Assembly (NCBI GenBank): GCA_026986155.1
Contig: JALSPC010000016.1
Location: 1 to 60,791 of the forward strand
Length of the DNA: 60,791 bases
Direction: 5' to 3'
DNA from: a bacterium
Lineage (GTDB): Bacteria > Desulfobacterota > S145-22
The translations under genes and the position numbers were made by a program. Under the pieces are notes generated by a model. The model had not been told where the DNA came from. It worked only from the letters and a program-made list of their open reading frames with translations, and did not search any database. Shown in pieces: positions 1 to 9,013 of the stretch (position 1 is its first letter; each line of letters opens with the position of its first letter).

Positions 1-609
1 GACAGCCCGCGCGACAGACAACTCCCAGTTGGAAGGATAGAGGTTCGTATGGATTGGGACATCGTCGGTATGCCCCTCGATCCTTACGTCAAAAGATGTT
101 TTCTTAATCACCTCTCCGATCCGGGCAAGTAAAGGCAGGCTTTCCGGTTTCAAGATCGCCCGTCCTGAATCGAATAAAAATCTCTCCCCTAACCTGACCA
201 GGAGATTTTTCCCTTCCATCCTCACCTGTATCTCCGAAAGAGTATATCCACTTTTCTTAATTGCCTCCCGAAGCCTTCGGGCCGCCTCATATCTTCCGGT
301 ACTCCCCATCCGAATTCTCGGCTTTCCAAAATTCAAAGCATCCCCAAAAGCCTCATTAACAAGCGTCCCTGGCAAAATTACCGCCATCGCCTTGAACTTT
401 TTCAACTCCTTGACCGATGACGGGGGATACGGGGCGGGGGAGGCGCCCATCTCAAGGGGGCCATAAGCCGCGTTAAAAAAACCAAATGCCTCTTTCACCG
501 CCTTGTCGTCCGCCGAGGACATGGTGAAAATTAAGACGAAGAACGTTAATAGCAGCGTCAACAGGTCCGAGAAGGAAATCATCCAGGCATTGGGATCAAT
601 ATCAGCCAT
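1..609 (-). CDS. motB: MotB-like flagellar stator protein, second paralog (C-terminus runs off the window)
   Basis: Absent from the ORF track because it has no stop codon inside the window. Translation from the ATG at 609 gives MADIDPNAWMISFSDLLTLLLTFFVLIFTMSS, a canonical MotB TM segment with Asp. It ends ...VRIEGHTDDVPIHTNLYPSNWELSVARAV, an OmpA/MotB motif. The frame is intact over 203 codons. Confidence 0.75.
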   Translation of the reverse strand, partial: MADIDPNAWMISFSDLLTLLLTFFVLIFTMSSADDKAVKEAFGFFNAAYGPLEMGASPAPYPPSSVKELKKFKAMAVILPGTLVNEAFGDALNFGKPRIRMGSTGRYEAARRLREAIKKSGYTLSEIQVRMEGKNLLVRLGERFLFDSGRAILKPESLPLLARIGEVIKKTSFDVRIEGHTDDVPIHTNLYPSNWELSVARAV

Positions 610-621
610 GTTAACCCCTTT

Positions 622-1362
622 TCACAAATAAGTCCCGAGAAAGATTACGTCGATTCTGCGATTGCGTGCCCTGTGTTCAGGGGTATCGTTGGATGCCACC
701 GGCCGGTAAGGACCATACCCAACGGCTGAGATCTTATCCGCGGCGATGTAACCTTTTTTAATGAGATACTTCAAGACATTAACCGCTCTTGCCACGGAAA
801 GTTCCCAATTGGAGGGGTATCTCTTTGTGTGAATCGGGACATTGTCCGTGTGCCCTTCTATCCGAACGGGACGTCCCGTTTTCTGAATTACCCGTCCCAA
901 CTCGTTCAGGATGGGAAACATCGCGGGCTCTATTTCGGCCTTTCCCGGTTTGAACAACACATCTCCTGTAAAGGCAACCTTCACTCCTTCTTTCGTTACG
1001 GAAATTTCCATTTTCTTCCCGAGGCCTTCCTCGAGGAAATGTCGTTCCATCCTTAAGAGGGACGCCTTGGCTGCCCTCAGCTGCCCCCCATCAAATGATC
1101 TTGAACTAATCATCTGACCAGAGGAACTTGGCACATTCGCGCCAGAGGGGCCGGATTTTCCTTCCCCTGCCATCGTCCCGCCGGGCATGGGGCCAAAACT
1201 GCCGATTAGAGAACCGAGGGCCTTTTTGACTCTTTTGGAATCAACGACCGCCAGCGAGCACATGACGATAAAAAACGCCAACAAAATCATGCTCAACGCC
1301 GTCATCATCACCACAAAGGGATCAGATTCGGGCTCTTCTTTTACTTTTTTCTTTCTCGCCAT
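622..1362 (-). CDS. motB: MotB-like OmpA-domain protein, first paralog, with a non-canonical TM segment
   Basis: 246 aa. C-terminal motif RIEGHTDNVPIHTKRYPSNWELSVARAV...NRRIDVIF. Single N-terminal TM segment FVVMMTALSMILLAFFIVM. The ATG lies 6 nt after the motA stop. Confidence 0.75.
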   Translation of the reverse strand: MARKKKVKEEPESDPFVVMMTALSMILLAFFIVMCSLAVVDSKRVKKALGSLIGSFGPMPGGTMAGEGKSGPSGANVPSSSGQMISSRSFDGGQLRAAKASLLRMERHFLEEGLGKKMEISVTKEGVKVAFTGDVLFKPGKAEIEPAMFPILNELGRVIQKTGRPVRIEGHTDNVPIHTKRYPSNWELSVARAVNVLKYLIKKGYIAADKISAVGYGPYRPVASNDTPEHRARNRRIDVIFLGTYL

Positions 1363-1368
1363 GACTCT

Positions 1369-2133
1369 TTATTCAAAACTTGATTTCCTGAGTTTGGGAG
1401 CCAGGAATGCGTGCAACTTCTGCTCCAATACTCTCGGATTATCGCCCGCCGTAATGGACAAAATTCCTTCCAATAACAGTTCCTTCGTCAAAATTTCCTC
1501 TTTACTCTTTCCCTTCAATTTTCCAGCTAATGGGGTAAAAACAAGATTTGCCAATATTGCCCCATAAAATGTTGTGAGTAGCGCCACGGCCATTGCCGGA
1601 CCGATGGAGCTCGGATCATCCATGTTCTGAAGCATTAGAACCAAACCAATCAAGGTTCCGATGAGTCCCAGCGCTGGCGCGAACGCGGACATGGTCATAC
1701 AGATATCCGCCCCGTCGCTATGTCTTTCCTCAATGTGTTCAATTTCCGTTTCGAGGATATTGCGTATAATTTGAGGCTCCAACCCGTCAATAGCCAACTG
1801 GATTCCCTTTTTTAAAAAATCATCATCGATATCATTCAAAGACGATTCAAGGGAAAGAATGCCATCTCTCCTGGATTTTCCCGCGAACTCCACAAGGATT
1901 TCGATCCACTTATCCGGATTCTGCGCCGCACCAAAAAAGGCATTCTTGATCACACCTATTAACCCCAAAACCTTGGGCAGGGAATAGTTAATCAGTGTGG
2001 CCCCGATCGTTCCTCCAACGACAATCAACAGAGAGGGAGGGTCAATAAATGTGGTCAAGCTCCCTCCTTGAAGGATGCCCGCCACGACCAAACCGAATGC
2101 CATAACAAATCCTATAAAGGTAGCTATGTCCAC
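1369..2133 (-). CDS. motA: Flagellar stator protein MotA
   Basis: 254 aa polytopic membrane protein. MotA/TolQ/ExbB channel signature GPAMAVALLTTFYGAILANLVFTPLAGKL. GTG start. Confidence 0.9.
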   Translation of the reverse strand: MDIATFIGFVMAFGLVVAGILQGGSLTTFIDPPSLLIVVGGTIGATLINYSLPKVLGLIGVIKNAFFGAAQNPDKWIEILVEFAGKSRRDGILSLESSLNDIDDDFLKKGIQLAIDGLEPQIIRNILETEIEHIEERHSDGADICMTMSAFAPALGLIGTLIGLVLMLQNMDDPSSIGPAMAVALLTTFYGAILANLVFTPLAGKLKGKSKEEILTKELLLEGILSITAGDNPRVLEQKLHAFLAPKLRKSSFE

Positions 2134-2171
2134 AAATTCACCCCACTAATGGTTTTTCGAGATTAATAAGC

Positions 2172-2186
2172 GCAAGTTTTATGCCA
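2172..2186 (-). promoter_or_regulatory. Sigma54 (-24/-12) promoter candidate for motA-motB-motB
   Basis: The minus strand reads TGGCATAAAACTTGC. This has GG-N10-GC spacing and matches the consensus TGGCAC-N5-TTGC. The element ends 39 nt upstream of the motA start. Confidence 0.5.
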
Positions 2187-2599
2187 AAAGTTTCTTTTCA
2201 TGCCTTCATGGCCGAGAAGACGCGCCTTTTTAAACCGGAAATGCTTACCGTGGCAGAACAATATAACTTATTGTTATTATGACATTATTTAATCTTAAAA
2301 AAACAAATAACTTGAAAGAAAAGAATGTAGAGCGTGAGTAGAGGATTTGAGGGATAGCTATCCTGCTATCCCCCCATCGAATTCAATGTCAAAGTTCCGA
2401 TAATGGAGTCAGTAGATTGACACCTTAACGTTTGACGGCTTCGAAAACATTCAATTTTGCGCCTGCCAATTCGTTGCACGCAGACTGGTCGCGCCGTATC
2501 CTTCGTCATTGCAGCGATCTTCACGAACGCTTCATTTCCTCTCGAATTGCGCTCCTTGATTTGAAGCTTTTTGCTTTGCAAATATGTCTAGCGAGATCA

Positions 2600-3871
2600 T
2601 CAGCGTTTTAGATTCACAAGATCAGCGAGCATTTCGTCGCTCGTCGTAATGATCTTGGAATTTGCCTGAAATCCCCTCTGCGTCGTGATCAGTTTGACAA
2701 ATTCAGCGGCGAGATCCACATTAGATTGTTCCAAAGCATTTGAGTGAATAGTCCCTACCCCTCCCGATCCAGGTTTATTGATGACGGGCTGTCCAGAAGA
2801 GTGTGATTCCGCGTAGAGATTTCCTCCCATCTTTGCCAATCCCCAGGGAGAAGCAAAATCAGCGAGCGCCAGTTGCGCAATTTGACGTGTCTGTCCGTTT
2901 GAAAAAAGACCCGTAACGACTCCCTCCAGGTCCACACTAACGCTCAGCAGGGAACCCGACTGGTAACCATCCTGATTTATCATGTTTGTAACGCTTGAGG
3001 AAGCAAACTGGGTTGACTGGTCGAGCCCCGTCCCGCCGCCGGCGGTTCCCGTGCCATAATCAAATGTTATGGGCTGCGGTGTCGTCGCACCGTCCGCAAT
3101 ATTCGTAAAATTTATCGGAGCCTCATTGTCCGTTGTCAAAGAACCATCCGAGCCAAATGTGAGATTCTGGCTGCCCGCTTCCTGAATTGTGTCCGTGCTG
3201 TCCGTATAAACGTAATGCGCCGTCCAGGCGTTGGTTCCCGTCTTAACAAAATAGATGGAAACCGGATGCGCTCCCCCCAAAGAATCGTATATTGTTACGG
3301 AAGTTGTGTAATTGTACATATCCGAACTCAACGTAGCGAGATTCCACGCGGTTGTCGGAACCTGCGAGTCCGCATCCAAGTTCACGGACAGATCAACTCC
3401 CGAGGTAATCTGAGGATTGGAAATCGATTTCGACAAATTTATATCACTCAAAGTCGTCGAAACATCTCCATTAGAATCTATGGAATACCCCTGCACAACT
3501 AAGTTTTCCGGATTAACCAGATAACCGTCATCATCAATGATAAACTGCCCCGCACGGGTATAATACTGGCCGCCATCCTCATTCCTGACGATAAAAAAGC
3601 CATTCCCGTCAATGGCCATATCCGTGGAACTTCCCGTAGTTTCAAAAGAGCCCTGAAGGAATTGCGTCTGGACAGCGTCCAACTTGACACCTCGTCCGAT
3701 CTGATTCATCCCGTTGGAACCGGTCAGGGTTTGACTTAGGATATCCGAGAATGCCGCCGTACTCCCTTTGAATCCAATAGTATTGACATTGGCGATATTG
3801 TTGCCGATGATTCCCATGGCTGCCCCATTGGCATCCAACCCACTGATTCCCGTCCAAAGCGAGGATAACAT
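2600..3871 (-). CDS. flgE: Flagellar hook protein FlgE
   Basis: 423 aa. N-terminus SLWTGISGLDANGAAMGIIGNNIANVNTIGFK. C-terminus ALEQSNVDLAAEFVKLITTQRGFQANSKII. A GGAGG SD precedes the ATG. Confidence 0.9.
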   Translation of the reverse strand: MLSSLWTGISGLDANGAAMGIIGNNIANVNTIGFKGSTAAFSDILSQTLTGSNGMNQIGRGVKLDAVQTQFLQGSFETTGSSTDMAIDGNGFFIVRNEDGGQYYTRAGQFIIDDDGYLVNPENLVVQGYSIDSNGDVSTTLSDINLSKSISNPQITSGVDLSVNLDADSQVPTTAWNLATLSSDMYNYTTSVTIYDSLGGAHPVSIYFVKTGTNAWTAHYVYTDSTDTIQEAGSQNLTFGSDGSLTTDNEAPINFTNIADGATTPQPITFDYGTGTAGGGTGLDQSTQFASSSVTNMINQDGYQSGSLLSVSVDLEGVVTGLFSNGQTRQIAQLALADFASPWGLAKMGGNLYAESHSSGQPVINKPGSGGVGTIHSNALEQSNVDLAAEFVKLITTQRGFQANSKIITTSDEMLADLVNLKR

Positions 3872-3883
3872 TGGTTTTTCCTC

Positions 3884-4639
3884 CTATGCGTCTTGTGTTG
3901 TTCCCGTTTCGTCAGTCCCATCCGTCTCGGATGTATCAGGCTGTGAAAGCGTAGGTTCCTCCTCTTGCCCGCTCTCATGTACCGAGATGACATCACTCAT
4001 GGAATATTTTCCATTGTCCGTAGTAAGATAGGGTTTCCCGTCCACAAACTCCACTCCTTTGACACGTCCAAGCACGAAGGTTGATGCGTTTACCGTGTTT
4101 CCATCCGGATCCTTTGCCACCACCTGAAAGCTGTAATTCCCATCTGGAAGTTGATTTCCGTCGTTATCTTTCCCATCCCATGTCACTTCATTGAAACCCG
4201 CGCCCTGAGCGCCTCCCGAAAGGGTTGCTACCTGGTCCCCGTTTTCGTTTCTAACGTAAATCGAAACGGATGACGCCTCGCCATCCAAGCTGTAAGCGAG
4301 TTTAACGGGGGCTCCTCCTTCAAGCGTCACCGTGTCCCCTTTCACCTTGATATCCTTTCCGATAAGGGAAATTGCCTGGGCGTTGTTTATCGAGGACTGA
4401 TAAAGCATAAGTTCGTCAAGGCTGTCGTTCATCTGGGTAAGTTGCTCCAGCTGGCTGAACTGTGCTAATTGCGCGGTGAAATCGGTCGAATCCATGGGAT
4501 TCAAAGGATCCTGATGCTGAATCTGCTGAACGAGAAGGTTTAAGAAATCATTTTTACCCAAACGGTTGAATCCCGCGCTTTGGGCCTTGTCACCTGCCCC
4601 CTGGGGATTCGAAGCTGCTACCGACGTGGTGGTAATCAT
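3884..4639 (-). CDS. flgD: Flagellar hook capping/assembly protein FlgD
   Basis: 251 aa. FlgD N-terminal motif NDFLNLLVQQIQHQDPLNPMD followed by an Ig-like FlgD domain. Confidence 0.9.
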   Translation of the reverse strand: MITTTSVAASNPQGAGDKAQSAGFNRLGKNDFLNLLVQQIQHQDPLNPMDSTDFTAQLAQFSQLEQLTQMNDSLDELMLYQSSINNAQAISLIGKDIKVKGDTVTLEGGAPVKLAYSLDGEASSVSIYVRNENGDQVATLSGGAQGAGFNEVTWDGKDNDGNQLPDGNYSFQVVAKDPDGNTVNASTFVLGRVKGVEFVDGKPYLTTDNGKYSMSDVISVHESGQEEEPTLSQPDTSETDGTDETGTTQDA

Positions 4640-4654
4640 AAGATTTTTCCCCCT

Positions 4655-6097
4655 TTACACAAAAACGTTGATACGGTCCACCGTTGAGATTGCCCGGGTC
4701 ATGATCCCTCCAGTGTCTCCCTCAACTACCGATGAACCCCCAATCGCGTTGATTATTTCTGTTTTTTCCCTTCCAGGACTCTTCCAAGGAGCTTCTTCAG
4801 AAAAATTCCGCGCCCCATCCCTAAAAGGCTGAAACCCTTGGGAGCTTCCCCCTCCCATCTGGATGGAGATATCATTCAATTTCAACCCTTGCAGCGTTAA
4901 TTGTGATCGCAATTCCGGCACCTGGTGCGTTAACAGTCCATGGGTCACGGGGTTATCCACCATAAAAACAGCCTGGACATGATGCCCTCGAATCACTAAC
5001 GATACGTTCACATGTCCAAGCTCGGGAGGCCGCAGGGCCAGCCGCATGCTATACTGACCATCCTGACGGTAGATGCTGACCGCCTGAACAATTTGATCAA
5101 CGACAGGAAAGGAGTTTTCCAAGCCTTTTTCAAGCCCATGTCCTGAAACCGCGCGCGGTTGATTCATGGCTTTCCCGAGGCCAATATGGGAGGCAAATGT
5201 CATGTTTCTCAAACCCATGTCACTTTTTTCAGTTCCTTTCCCGTTTTCCAATGAATCACGGGCTTCAAGCAGCCCTTTCAAAAAAGCGTTCAAATTCATC
5301 TTCCCCGGCTTCATGCCCATGAAAAACTTTAATGGATCATTCTCGGCATTTTTCGCCTCCATGTCTTCAAGTGCCGCCGTTAGCTCCACCTTCTTCCCAG
5401 CTTCATTTTTCAAATCAATCGTCAGTTTTCCGATTAAGGCGTCCAACGCATCATCAGATATAGGGGATTCATGGTCATCGAGCGATGCAACGACCGTTTT
5501 CTCTTCATCTCCCTTCCCCATGTTTTTCAAGGAAGAGCTCAATATCTTTTCCAAATCACTTACAACATCCCCAACCTCGTTTCCATCGCTTTTCACCCCA
5601 GACAATTCGTGAACAAGATCGAGAAGAAACGTTCCTGTGTCGTTCATATCATTCCCTGAGACCCCGGCCTGCTTCATGAAACCGATAATCTCGTTGAAGT
5701 CTTTGTTCCCCGTTTCCAACAAAAGACCCTTTTCGCTGGAAAACCAATCCCCAAGTTTTTCTTGAGATATCAAGCCGCTTTGGACTAGTTGTTGAAAGAT
5801 AAGATAGATATTTCGAGGAATCTTACGTTCAACTCTTTCCTCTTCCCTTTTCTCAGTTGGTGCCTGTTCTCTAGAGCTTGCGTTATTTTTCGAAGTATTT
5901 TCAGCTCTTCCATGTTCATTTCCCGATGTCTCTATCTCTTCCGCCAGCATATCTCGAAAATTTCTTTTCTCACCCTGAGGTTCAGAGGTTTCAGGGGCAT
6001 TATTCTTCAATCCACACTTATTTATGGCAACCATCTGAGCCTTATCCATTGAGCCGGCAAGATTTACCCCGGCTGGCACAAAAAAACCCAAATTCAT
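4655..6097 (-). CDS. fliK: Flagellar hook-length control protein FliK
   Basis: C-terminal Flg_hook domain RLALRPPELGHVNVSLVIRGHHVQAVFMVDNP...ELRSQL. I place the start at the ATG at 6097 (MNLGFFVP) because AAGGAGG lies 6 nt upstream. The track start at 6130 lacks an SD. Confidence 0.8.
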   Translation of the reverse strand: MNLGFFVPAGVNLAGSMDKAQMVAINKCGLKNNAPETSEPQGEKRNFRDMLAEEIETSGNEHGRAENTSKNNASSREQAPTEKREEERVERKIPRNIYLIFQQLVQSGLISQEKLGDWFSSEKGLLLETGNKDFNEIIGFMKQAGVSGNDMNDTGTFLLDLVHELSGVKSDGNEVGDVVSDLEKILSSSLKNMGKGDEEKTVVASLDDHESPISDDALDALIGKLTIDLKNEAGKKVELTAALEDMEAKNAENDPLKFFMGMKPGKMNLNAFLKGLLEARDSLENGKGTEKSDMGLRNMTFASHIGLGKAMNQPRAVSGHGLEKGLENSFPVVDQIVQAVSIYRQDGQYSMRLALRPPELGHVNVSLVIRGHHVQAVFMVDNPVTHGLLTHQVPELRSQLTLQGLKLNDISIQMGGGSSQGFQPFRDGARNFSEEAPWKSPGREKTEIINAIGGSSVVEGDTGGIMTRAISTVDRINVFV

Positions 6098-6126
6098 CGA
6101 AACCTCCTTTTTCCGGCAAATACAAA

Positions 6127-6140
6127 GCAACTTTCGTGCC
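6127..6140 (-). promoter_or_regulatory. Sigma54 (-24/-12) promoter candidate for fliK-flgD-flgE
   Basis: The minus strand reads GGCACGAAAGTTGC with exact GG-N10-GC spacing. It lies 30 nt upstream of the fliK ATG. Confidence 0.55.
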
Positions 6141-6316
6141 GCTATGACAGAGTCTGAATTTTAGTTATAATCTCAAGGTATTATACAAAAATTATCTTTC
6201 CGCGAATTAAGCGACAAGAGAAAAGATTGCCTTCAAAGGCTAAAATAAAGGAAAATTTTTCCAACCCCCACGGCCAACTGCAATACTATAATGCCCAGTA
6301 AAAACGGATTGTACGG

Positions 6317-6345
6317 TTGACAACGTATAGAGTGTCATCTATTAT
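6317..6345 (+). promoter_or_regulatory. Sigma70-type promoter candidate for the CBS/GlcD genes
   Basis: TTGACA, a 17-nt spacer, then TATTAT. It lies about 50 nt upstream of the 6398 start. Confidence 0.45.
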
Positions 6346-6397
6346 TTATAAACAAGAAACGCGTAACTTGTAACCACATAAAGAAGGAGATAGACCC

Positions 6398-7042
6398 ATG
6401 TCAATGCTCGTAAGTGACTGGATGCAGAAAGACGTAATTACAATAGACGCTCACGCGTCGGTTATCGACGCGGTGCACCTTCTCAAGGAGAAGAAGATTC
6501 GTCGACTCCCCGTCTTGAAAAACGGAAAACTTGTCGGTATTGTGACCGACAGAGATCTGAAGGATTTCACGCCATCAAAGGCGACGACCCTGGATATCTA
6601 TGAGCTTCGCTATCTCCTATCCAAGGCCTCGGTGGAAGAGGCCATGACGCCTAACCCCATCACGGTACCCTCCGACGTGCCAATCGAGAACGTGGCGCTT
6701 ATCATGCACGACAAGAAGATCAGCGGTCTTCCCGTCATGGACGGGGACGACCTGGTGGGAATCATCACGGAATCCGACGTCTTCGAGGTCCTGGTGGCCT
6801 TGACAGGGATAAAGCAGGGCGGTGTCCGCATTTGCCTACCCATCGAGGACAGGTCTGGCAGCGCCAAAGAGGTGGCGGATATCCTGCGAAAACACGGCGG
6901 GAAGATTGAGGCCATCCTCATCAACTACGAGGGTGTGGCACCGGGATACCGAGATCTCATCATGCGCTTCAAGGGGGGGGACACACAAGCCATCCTCAAA
7001 GAAATAAAAGAGAAATACCCTAACGTGTCGATCCACGAATAG
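6398..7042 (+). CDS. CBS-pair domain protein with an ACT-like C-terminal domain (AcuB-like)
   Basis: 214 aa. Two CBS repeats (IRRLPVLKNGKLVGIVTDRDL and ISGLPVMDGDDLVGIITESDV). An AAGGAG SD is present. Confidence 0.85.
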   Translation: MSMLVSDWMQKDVITIDAHASVIDAVHLLKEKKIRRLPVLKNGKLVGIVTDRDLKDFTPSKATTLDIYELRYLLSKASVEEAMTPNPITVPSDVPIENVALIMHDKKISGLPVMDGDDLVGIITESDVFEVLVALTGIKQGGVRICLPIEDRSGSAKEVADILRKHGGKIEAILINYEGVAPGYRDLIMRFKGGDTQAILKEIKEKYPNVSIHE

Positions 7043-7046
7043 CGGA

Positions 7047-8423
7047 ATGGCCCTCCCGGATTCCATCCTCCGTAGGCTTGAAGAGGTCGTGGATCCGGAC
7101 CGGATTTCTACCGGGGAATCCAATCTCTCCCTTCATGCCAAGGACGAGTCCTTTCACGAACCCCACCTCCCGGACGTTGTCATCTGGCCCAAGGACACGG
7201 AAGAGGTTAGCCGGATCGTGAGGATCTGCCACGACGCGAATATTCCCGTTACCCCTTGGGGTGCGGGGACGAGCCTGGAGGGCAACCCCATCCCCGTCAG
7301 GGGGGGTGTGGTTATCGATCTCCAGCAGATGAACGAAATCCTCGGCATCCGGGAAGACGACCTTCAGGTGGACGTTCAGGCGGGCGTCGTTTTCAAGGAT
7401 CTGAACAAGAAACTCGCCCGTTACGGACTCTTCTTTCCGCCGGACCCGGGGGCGTCCGCCACCATCGGAGGCATGGTGGCCAACAACGCCAGCGGGATCC
7501 GCGCCATCAAGTACGGCGCCACGAAGGATTTGATTCAGAAACTCACCGTCGTGCTGGCCGACGGGGAAATCATTCGACCCGGCACACTGGCCTTCAAGAC
7601 CTCGTCCGGCCTTGACCTCTGCCGTCTCTTTGCCGGCTCCGAGGGAATCCTCGGTATCATCACGGAAATCACCTTGCGGCTCGTGGGTATCCCCCCAGAA
7701 TTCCTCTCCGCCACCGTTTCCTTCCCCGACGCCGAATCGGCAACCCAAACCATCTCACAAATCATCCGAAGCGGCTTATCCCCGGCCGCCCTCGAGTTTC
7801 TTGGGATCAACTGCGTTCGTCTCGTCAATAAATACACGGAGGAATTCGATTTTCCGGAATCCCCCCTTGTTTTCATCGAGTTTCATGGAACCAACAAGGA
7901 GGGGCTAGCCATCGACCTGGACCTTGTCCGGGGGCTTTGCGAGGACAACGGCGCGACCCATTTCCAGGCGGGAATCGGCCGGCAGGCGCGCGCCAAACTC
8001 TGGCAGGCAAGGTATGACCTTCATGATTTTATCTTGAGAGAACACCCGGGACTGGAGCCCATGGCCATCGACACGGCCGTTCCCATTTCGAAACTTCCGG
8101 CGCTCGTCACATACGCGGAAAGGATTGCCCTGGAAAGTGATATCATTGGGTATGTTTTTGGCCACGCGGGAAGCGGCAACATCCACATGCCCATGATGGG
8201 TAATCCCCGTGACAAAACGTCATGGGACGTTCTCGAGGACATCAATCACCGACTCGTGGAATACGCCATCTCGCTTGGAGGGACTGCCACGGGAGAGCAC
8301 GGCGTCGGGATAGGGAAAATGCAGTTCATGGAAATGGAACACGGCACCAGCCTTAAGATCATGCGGCAAATTAAGCACCTATTCGATCCCAAAGGGATCC
8401 TGAATCCGGGAAAGATGTTTTAA
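7047..8423 (+). CDS. FAD-linked oxidase (GlcD / D-lactate dehydrogenase family)
   Basis: 458 aa. PCMH-type FAD-binding N-domain (VTPWGAGTSLEGN). C-terminal motif GGTATGEHGVGIGK...LFDPKGILNPGK. Confidence 0.85.
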   Translation: MALPDSILRRLEEVVDPDRISTGESNLSLHAKDESFHEPHLPDVVIWPKDTEEVSRIVRICHDANIPVTPWGAGTSLEGNPIPVRGGVVIDLQQMNEILGIREDDLQVDVQAGVVFKDLNKKLARYGLFFPPDPGASATIGGMVANNASGIRAIKYGATKDLIQKLTVVLADGEIIRPGTLAFKTSSGLDLCRLFAGSEGILGIITEITLRLVGIPPEFLSATVSFPDAESATQTISQIIRSGLSPAALEFLGINCVRLVNKYTEEFDFPESPLVFIEFHGTNKEGLAIDLDLVRGLCEDNGATHFQAGIGRQARAKLWQARYDLHDFILREHPGLEPMAIDTAVPISKLPALVTYAERIALESDIIGYVFGHAGSGNIHMPMMGNPRDKTSWDVLEDINHRLVEYAISLGGTATGEHGVGIGKMQFMEMEHGTSLKIMRQIKHLFDPKGILNPGKMF

Positions 8424-8764
8424 TGCGCCGAGTCGGAAGAACGCATGATCTTGCGACAAACTCCCCGATTCATCTGAACGAAACGTGTTGACACCAGAAA
8501 GCCGCCTCCGTTGGAAACGCTTTTTCGAGTCTTCAGAACCTCAAGCATGGCATTCATAACTTCATCTCCCATGCCGATTTCCACATCCAGCAGAGTACCT
8601 TTCCGGAGCCTCTTGCAAAGGTAGAGCATGACGCCCCCTTCCCCCACATTGACCGTCTTCCCAATGGAATGATCAAAGGGAATTTTGTCGCCCCTGTGAT
8701 AACAGGAAAACGCCACAAGATGCTCACTAAAAACCCGTCCCGATCTTCTTCTCTCTCTGTTCAT
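8420..8764 (-). CDS. PilZ-domain protein (putative c-di-GMP receptor)
   Basis: The RRRSGR motif near the N-terminus plus TVNVGEGG match the PilZ RxxxR ... D/NxSxxG pattern. The start could be 8764 (MNRE) or 8776. Confidence 0.65.
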   Translation of the reverse strand: MNRERRRSGRVFSEHLVAFSCYHRGDKIPFDHSIGKTVNVGEGGVMLYLCKRLRKGTLLDVEIGMGDEVMNAMLEVLKTRKSVSNGGGFLVSTRFVQMNRGVCRKIMRSSDSAH

Positions 8765-8947
8765 TTTATCCCCCAAAGAGAGTTAAGTTATTTCCCTTTT
8801 TAATAAAGCATGTTAAGAAATATATGTCAAGTTTATTTTAGAAAAAATTTGAAATATATTAAAATTATTTAGCAATATCATTATTGAGTTTAAAGCAAGG
8901 AAAATCCAAACACCGAGAATTTTTATAACTTATTAATATTATTGAAC

Positions 8948-8982
8948 ATAAAAATAAGGGGGCAGGTTCACCCCACCCCCTT
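8948..8982 (-). terminator. Rho-independent terminator after the octahaem cytochrome gene
   Basis: Minus-strand stem AAGGGGG / CCCCCTT followed by ATTTTTAT. Confidence 0.6.
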
Positions 8983-9013
8983 GAGCTCATGTTTAGAGCG
9001 CAAAATCAGCCAC

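Noticed and set aside
2397-2403. Sigma28-like -10 element CCGATAA in the flgE-motA spacer
   Set aside because: It lies on the plus strand, where no gene follows, and it has no TAAA -35 at the right distance. The sigma54 element on the coding strand is a better promoter candidate.
2366-2581. 71-aa minus-strand ORF between flgE and motA
   Set aside because: It has a non-ATG start and no SD. Its basic, Cys-containing composition is odd and resembles no family. It probably lies in untranslated spacer.
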